Shown: positions 47,401-47,996 of the stretch, one piece after another
Layout of the letters: each line of letters begins with the position of its first letter
How positions within the stretch are numbered: the stretch's first letter is position 1
Origin: Chiloscyllium plagiosum
Taxonomy: Eukaryota
NCBI RefSeq assembly: GCF_004010195.1
Contig: NC_057750.1
Coordinates: forward strand, 10,348,810 to 10,396,805
Reading direction: 5' to 3'
Length of the DNA: 47,996 nucleotides
Position numbers and translations under genes: made by a program
Notes under the pieces: generated by a model
The model's input: only the letters and a program-made list of their open reading frames with translations
Told to the model about the DNA's origin: nothing
Databases searched by the model: none

Positions 47401-47488
47401 ATTCAGACTGACACTCACCGAGCCGACCTTGGCGAATATCCGTGCGGCTGATCGAATCCACAAAAAACTGGGGCTTTGAAAACAGTTC
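2436..47488 (-). CDS. CAPN12: Spliced gene: classical calpain large subunit (CysPc protease core + C2-like domain III + penta-EF-hand), probably calpain-12-like; exon 1 outside window
   Basis: 20 GT-AG exons join into one frame containing [58 protein letters not shown] and [12 protein letters not shown]. Exon sizes 70/119/134/84/86/12/79/117 fit classical calpain gene structure. Calpain family is certain; the paralogue call is from recall of CAPN12's degenerate C-terminus and is less sure. Confidence 0.9.
2560..2785. repeat. GC-rich minisatellite (~30/60-bp unit) in the last intron
   Basis: Repeated ccacccatgtcctgg / ccacccagtg...gccggactggagg. Confidence 0.7.
2843..2889 (-). CDS. CAPN12: Calpain exon 20 (47 nt): (A)[15 protein letters not shown]
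   Basis: tttcatttcag|CT...CAG|gtgatt; phase 1->0 as required; shorter than the usual exon. Confidence 0.8.
2930..3060 (-). mobile_element. Penelope-type terminal-repeat fragment with hammerhead motif
   Basis: gctggaaaagcacagcaggtcaggcagcatc family; minus strand CTGATGA-AAGGTTCTTGCCT-GAAACGTT. Confidence 0.65.
3225..3590. repeat. ~33-bp tandem repeat
   Basis: About 9 copies of cactccctcagtactgaccctc...acagtgcag. Confidence 0.85.
3650..3980 (-). mobile_element. HE1-like V-SINE
   Basis: tRNA-like head at the right end (tggctcagtggttagcactgctgcc...ggttcgattcc). Confidence 0.85.
4130..4495 (-). mobile_element. Old LINE 3'-end fragment (family also at 19345-19830 and 46330-46475)
   Basis: Shared gtcaggatggtgagt and atcttgtagatagtacacact segments between copies. 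Confidence 0.55.
4518..4634 (-). CDS. CAPN12: Calpain exon 19 (117 nt): [38 protein letters not shown]
   Basis: cattcccag|GG...TTTG|gtgagt; size 117 and IxFxxFVxCxxKLxxLF pattern. Confidence 0.93.
5328..5406 (-). CDS. CAPN12: Calpain exon 18 (79 nt): [26 protein letters not shown](G)
   Basis: atcacag|GGT...GCAG|gtaaga; size 79 and IFxxF...GxMxSxxLRxALxxAG pattern. Confidence 0.93.
5500..6020. repeat. Pyrimidine-rich low-complexity tract
   Basis: Almost entirely C/T on the + strand. Confidence 0.85.
6040..6111 (-). CDS. CAPN12: Calpain exon 17 (72 nt): [24 protein letters not shown]
   Basis: accttaac...gtccag|TCC...CAG|gtgagg; phase 0-0; GxLxxxE of the EF2 loop. Confidence 0.85.
6112..7031 (-). 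other. U12-type (minor spliceosome) GT-AG intron
   Basis: 5' site GTATCTTT; branch box ACCTTAAC (6125-6132) 13 nt before the 3' junction; no polypyrimidine tract. Confidence 0.85.
7032..7093 (-). CDS. CAPN12: Calpain exon 16 (62 nt): [20 protein letters not shown]
   Basis: ctccaatag|CC...AAT|gtatcttt; equivalent of FSLESCRSMV; U12-type donor. Confidence 0.88.
7105..7330. repeat. (GA/GACA)-rich low-complexity tract, forming the pyrimidine tract upstream of exon 16
   Basis: gagagagag...gacagacag runs. Confidence 0.8.
7635..7930 (-). mobile_element. HE1-like V-SINE, diverged
   Basis: Same head and tail as the other copies. Confidence 0.8.
9150..9650 (-). mobile_element. CR1 LINE 3' fragment
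   Basis: ORF 9407..9652 KLERVQK...[12 protein letters not shown]. Confidence 0.85.
10041..11295 (-). mobile_element. CR1 (HER1-like) LINE, 5'-truncated RT and 3' end
   Basis: ORFs with [32 protein letters not shown] and [10 protein letters not shown]; tail ctatgactct. Confidence 0.93.
12765..13076 (-). mobile_element. HE1-like V-SINE, best-preserved copy
   Basis: A box TGGCACAGTGG, B box GGTTCAATTCC, CpGs retained, (AATCT)n tail. Confidence 0.9.
13500..14105 (-). mobile_element. Rex1/Babar-like LINE 3' fragment
   Basis: Minus-strand remnants [12 protein letters not shown]...VIKD...PG..L..LPLGRRY, typical of the Rex1-type RT C-terminus. Confidence 0.6.
14425..14645. repeat. Degenerate ~30-35-bp tandem repeat with recurring ATTGG
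   Basis: cactcgc...tattggc/tcagaagg...gtca units, about 6 copies. Confidence 0.55.
14687..14732 (-). CDS. CAPN12: Calpain exon 15 (46 nt): [15 protein letters not shown](A), EF1 region
   Basis: cctctcttacag|ACT...TCAG|gtctgt; resembles the xISxxELxxILN helix; donor ambiguous (alternative at 14665). Confidence 0.75.
14880..14948 (-). CDS. CAPN12: Calpain exon 14 (69 nt; 60 with the upstream donor): [23 protein letters not shown]
   Basis: ccatattccag|GTC...GAG|gtatgt (alternative GCT|gtaagt); phase 0-0; position and size match the exon before EF1. Confidence 0.75.
15581..15617 (-). CDS. CAPN12: Calpain exon 13 (37 nt linker): (R)[12 protein letters not shown]
   Basis: ttttttttccctag|G...GAG|gtaatt; phase 2->0 and size fit the linker exon. 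Confidence 0.8.
15750..16115 (-). mobile_element. Penelope-type fragment (second family) with hammerhead motif; related copies at 31150-31340 and 32690-32830
   Basis: tgttgaagcttttcatcttgcactcatcaggaca shared with 31158-31193; followed by ctgattgg motifs. Confidence 0.55.
16656..16864 (-). CDS. CAPN12: Calpain exon 12 (209 nt; 203 with the next acceptor): [69 protein letters not shown](R)
   Basis: gtcaag|TTTCAG...CCAG|gtacag; YINx[14 protein letters not shown] and EGEFFLRIF motifs; exact acceptor ambiguous. Confidence 0.93.
17305..17590 (+). mobile_element. tRNA-derived SINE (SacSINE1/Deu-like); further copies at 16170-16450(-), 26670-27015(-), 28960-29490(-), 44990-45230(+), 45790-46090(+)
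   Basis: ggttcaaatccca B box; catctggttcactaatg; gtgactccagacccacagcaatgtggttgac core shared among copies. Confidence 0.65.
18713..18724 (-). CDS. CAPN12: Calpain exon 11, 12-nt microexon: VPQR
   Basis: tgtttctcttgcag|GTCCCTCAACGG|gtacgt; phase 0-0; classical calpains have a 12-nt VPxx exon here. Confidence 0.85.
19840..20250 (+). mobile_element. CR1 LINE RT C-terminal fragment
   Basis: ORF 19963..20301 [19 protein letters not shown]...[10 protein letters not shown]. Confidence 0.85.
20778..25021 (+). mobile_element. Near-full-length CR1 LINE, inactivated (ORF1 zinc finger + SGNH esterase; ORF2 APE endonuclease + RT)
   Basis: CSSCSMW...CRLC; GDSIVKG and [26 protein letters not shown]; tail ttctttgttctatgttct; many stops and frameshifts; (GA)n expansion near 23955. 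Confidence 0.93.
25755..25950. repeat. ~30-bp degenerate tandem repeat
   Basis: cagtttaata.atacagctccctgtgtgaca units. Confidence 0.65.
26357..26520 (-). CDS. CAPN12: Calpain exon 10 (164 nt): [54 protein letters not shown] (domain III)
   Basis: acacag|AC...GCA|gtaagt; TNPQY, acidic loop and IGFxIY motifs. Confidence 0.95.
27020..28435 (-). mobile_element. CR1 LINE RT/3' fragment
   Basis: ORFs [11 protein letters not shown]...RGNFFTVRV and [10 protein letters not shown]. Confidence 0.88.
27095..27200. mobile_element. 106-bp Tc1/mariner (pogo/Tigger-like) MITE inserted in the CR1 3' end
   Basis: TA|CAGAGAAACCT...AGGTTCCTCTG|TA; removing it restores CR1 aacta|gtcc. Confidence 0.75.
29047..29232. 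mobile_element. Palindromic Penelope-type insert with 15-bp TSD
   Basis: Inverted arms of about 67 bp (29045-29111 / 29125-29191); flanked by ctgtttgt(t/c)ttgctt. Confidence 0.8.
30250..30374. mobile_element. Palindromic Penelope-type insert with 17-bp TSD
   Basis: Perfect 27-bp inverted repeat gagctgaaaatgtgttgctggaaaagc; TSD ccacacagtatgtgagc at 30233 and 30375. Confidence 0.8.
30739..30893 (-). CDS. CAPN12: Calpain exon 9 (155 nt): [51 protein letters not shown](D)
   Basis: cttatacag|G...AAG|gtaaga; ELCNL and GxW...SAGGC motifs (inside ORF 30674..30940). Confidence 0.95.
31407..31484 (-). CDS. CAPN12: Calpain exon 8 (78 nt): [26 protein letters not shown]
   Basis: tttttgcag|A...TCTG|gtaagt; EDGEFW motif. 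Confidence 0.96.
32330..32415 (-). CDS. CAPN12: Calpain exon 7 (86 nt): [28 protein letters not shown](R), catalytic Asn
   Basis: tcactag|GTG...ACAG|gtagga; RLRNPWG...WSD motif. Confidence 0.96.
33462..33545 (-). CDS. CAPN12: Calpain exon 6 (84 nt): [28 protein letters not shown], catalytic His
   Basis: atcctag|GCT...ACG|gtgagc; equivalent of GLVKGHAYSVTG. Confidence 0.93.
33990..35150. repeat. C/T-rich low-complexity tract interrupted by a SINE
   Basis: Repeated ccctctct..aatcctt.cctcagagcc-like units. Confidence 0.7.
34415..34758 (-). mobile_element. HE1-like V-SINE
   Basis: Full head-to-tail match to the 12765-13076 copy. Confidence 0.87.
35629..35800 (-). CDS. CAPN12: Calpain exon 5 (172 nt): [57 protein letters not shown]
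   Basis: cccctgtag|G...GAG|gtaatg; EAMEDFTGG motif (inside ORF 35566..35832). Confidence 0.96.
35875..36090. repeat. ~28-bp tandem repeat
   Basis: gtggg.tatatcagagttacagtgagg units. Confidence 0.75.
36832..37055. mobile_element. Palindromic Penelope-type insert nested in CR1, 15-bp TSD
   Basis: gcctt(t/c)taaatgttg at 36817 and 37056; inverted arms; CTGATGAAGGGCTAATGCCC at 36929. Confidence 0.8.
39601..39685. mobile_element. Short Penelope-type insert nested in CR1, 12-bp TSD
   Basis: gctgccagtcct at 39589 and 39686; internal inversion. Confidence 0.75.
41490..41672. mobile_element. Palindromic Penelope-type insert with 15-bp TSD
   Basis: 50-bp arms with 1 mismatch (41491-41540 / 41552-41601); TSD ccatgcagtaaatca at 41475 and 41673. 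Confidence 0.82.
41825..42045 (-). mobile_element. CR1 3'-terminal fragment
   Basis: Matches 10041-10260. Confidence 0.85.
43410..44440. repeat. ~65-70-bp satellite-like repeat; also at 15480-15540, 31690-31960 and, inverted, 46955-47200
   Basis: gctttactctgtatctaacc.cgtgctgt...ctgggagtgtttgatggggacagtgtagaggga units. Confidence 0.75.
43680..44194 (-). mobile_element. CR1 3' fragment inserted in the satellite
   Basis: ORF 43923..44168 [16 protein letters not shown]; tail ctatgactct. Confidence 0.9.
44640..44773 (-). CDS. CAPN12: Calpain exon 4 (134 nt): [45 protein letters not shown]
   Basis: ttctccaag|TTC...CCAA|gtaagg; hallmark calpain motifs. Confidence 0.97.
45447..45565 (-). CDS. CAPN12: Calpain exon 3 (119 nt): [40 protein letters not shown], catalytic Cys
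   Basis: tttacag|GT...CGG|gtacgg; GDCWFLAA and YAGIFHF motifs (inside ORF 45384..45755). Confidence 0.97.
47419..47488 (-). CDS. CAPN12: Calpain exon 2 (70 nt): [23 protein letters not shown](G)
   Basis: aattacag|GAA...CTCG|gtgagt; contains the oxyanion-hole Gln motif DIxQG. Confidence 0.95.
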
Positions 47489-47742
47489 CTGTAATTTGAA
47501 TTAACATTGAACCTTTTAAGCTTGCTTTACTATCTGCACACATTTCAGACATCCACAATCATGGAAATGTACATTCCTTAGTGATCACAACTCGCCTCAA
47601 GGACAGATACGTTTCCCTAAACCCCAGCAAATACTGACACACATCCCATCGTCCACCGTCGCCTCCTCCCCGGACGCTGTGGAAATACTGAAGACGCACC
47701 CACCCCCATCCCCCCATATTCACCACCAGCCCCCAAGGACTG

Positions 47743-47996
47743 CGTGTAAATACTGACACACACCCCCCCAACCCAGCACAACCTCCATATGGGGTCTCTG
47801 TGTAAATACTGACACACCTCCCCCCAACCCAGCACAACCTCCATATGGGGTCTCTGTGTAAATACTGACACACCTCCCCCCCAACCCAGCACAACCTCCA
47901 TATGGGGTCTCTGTGTAAATACTGACACACCTCCCCCCCCAACCCAGCACAACCTCCATATGGGGTCTCTGTGTAAATACTGACACACCTCCCCCC
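47743..47996. repeat. Homogeneous ~57-59-bp minisatellite in calpain intron 1, running off the window
   Basis: About 4 near-identical copies of c(n)aacccagcacaacctccatatggggtctctgtgtaaatactgacacacct. Confidence 0.93.

Noticed and set aside
47559..47988. Three overlapping repetitive ORFs, and a superficially CRISPR-like array
   Set aside because: They are translations of a minisatellite; there are no unique spacers or cas genes and the context is vertebrate.

Overview
This is vertebrate genomic DNA, most likely a shark, judged from the elasmobranch-type V-SINE/HE1-like, CR1 and Penelope-type repeats. A single minus-strand gene encoding a classical calpain large subunit (best guess CAPN12-like) spans almost the whole window. 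By hand I reconstructed 20 coding exons (exons 2-21 in classical calpain numbering, 47488->2436; 1839 nt, open frame to TAA). All have GT-AG boundaries and compatible phases, and exon 1 lies beyond the right edge. The gene keeps the Cys-His-Asn triad, a 12-nt microexon and a U12-type (minor spliceosome) intron, but its penta-EF-hand domain looks degenerate. The introns are filled with decayed CR1 LINEs (two near full length), SINEs, a TA-flanked MITE, minisatellites and short palindromic Penelope-type inserts. Those inserts carry 12-17 bp target-site duplications and minimal hammerhead-ribozyme motifs. Most ORFs in the supplied track are spurious or retroelement fragments. Exon coordinates were counted exactly; repeat boundaries are approximate.
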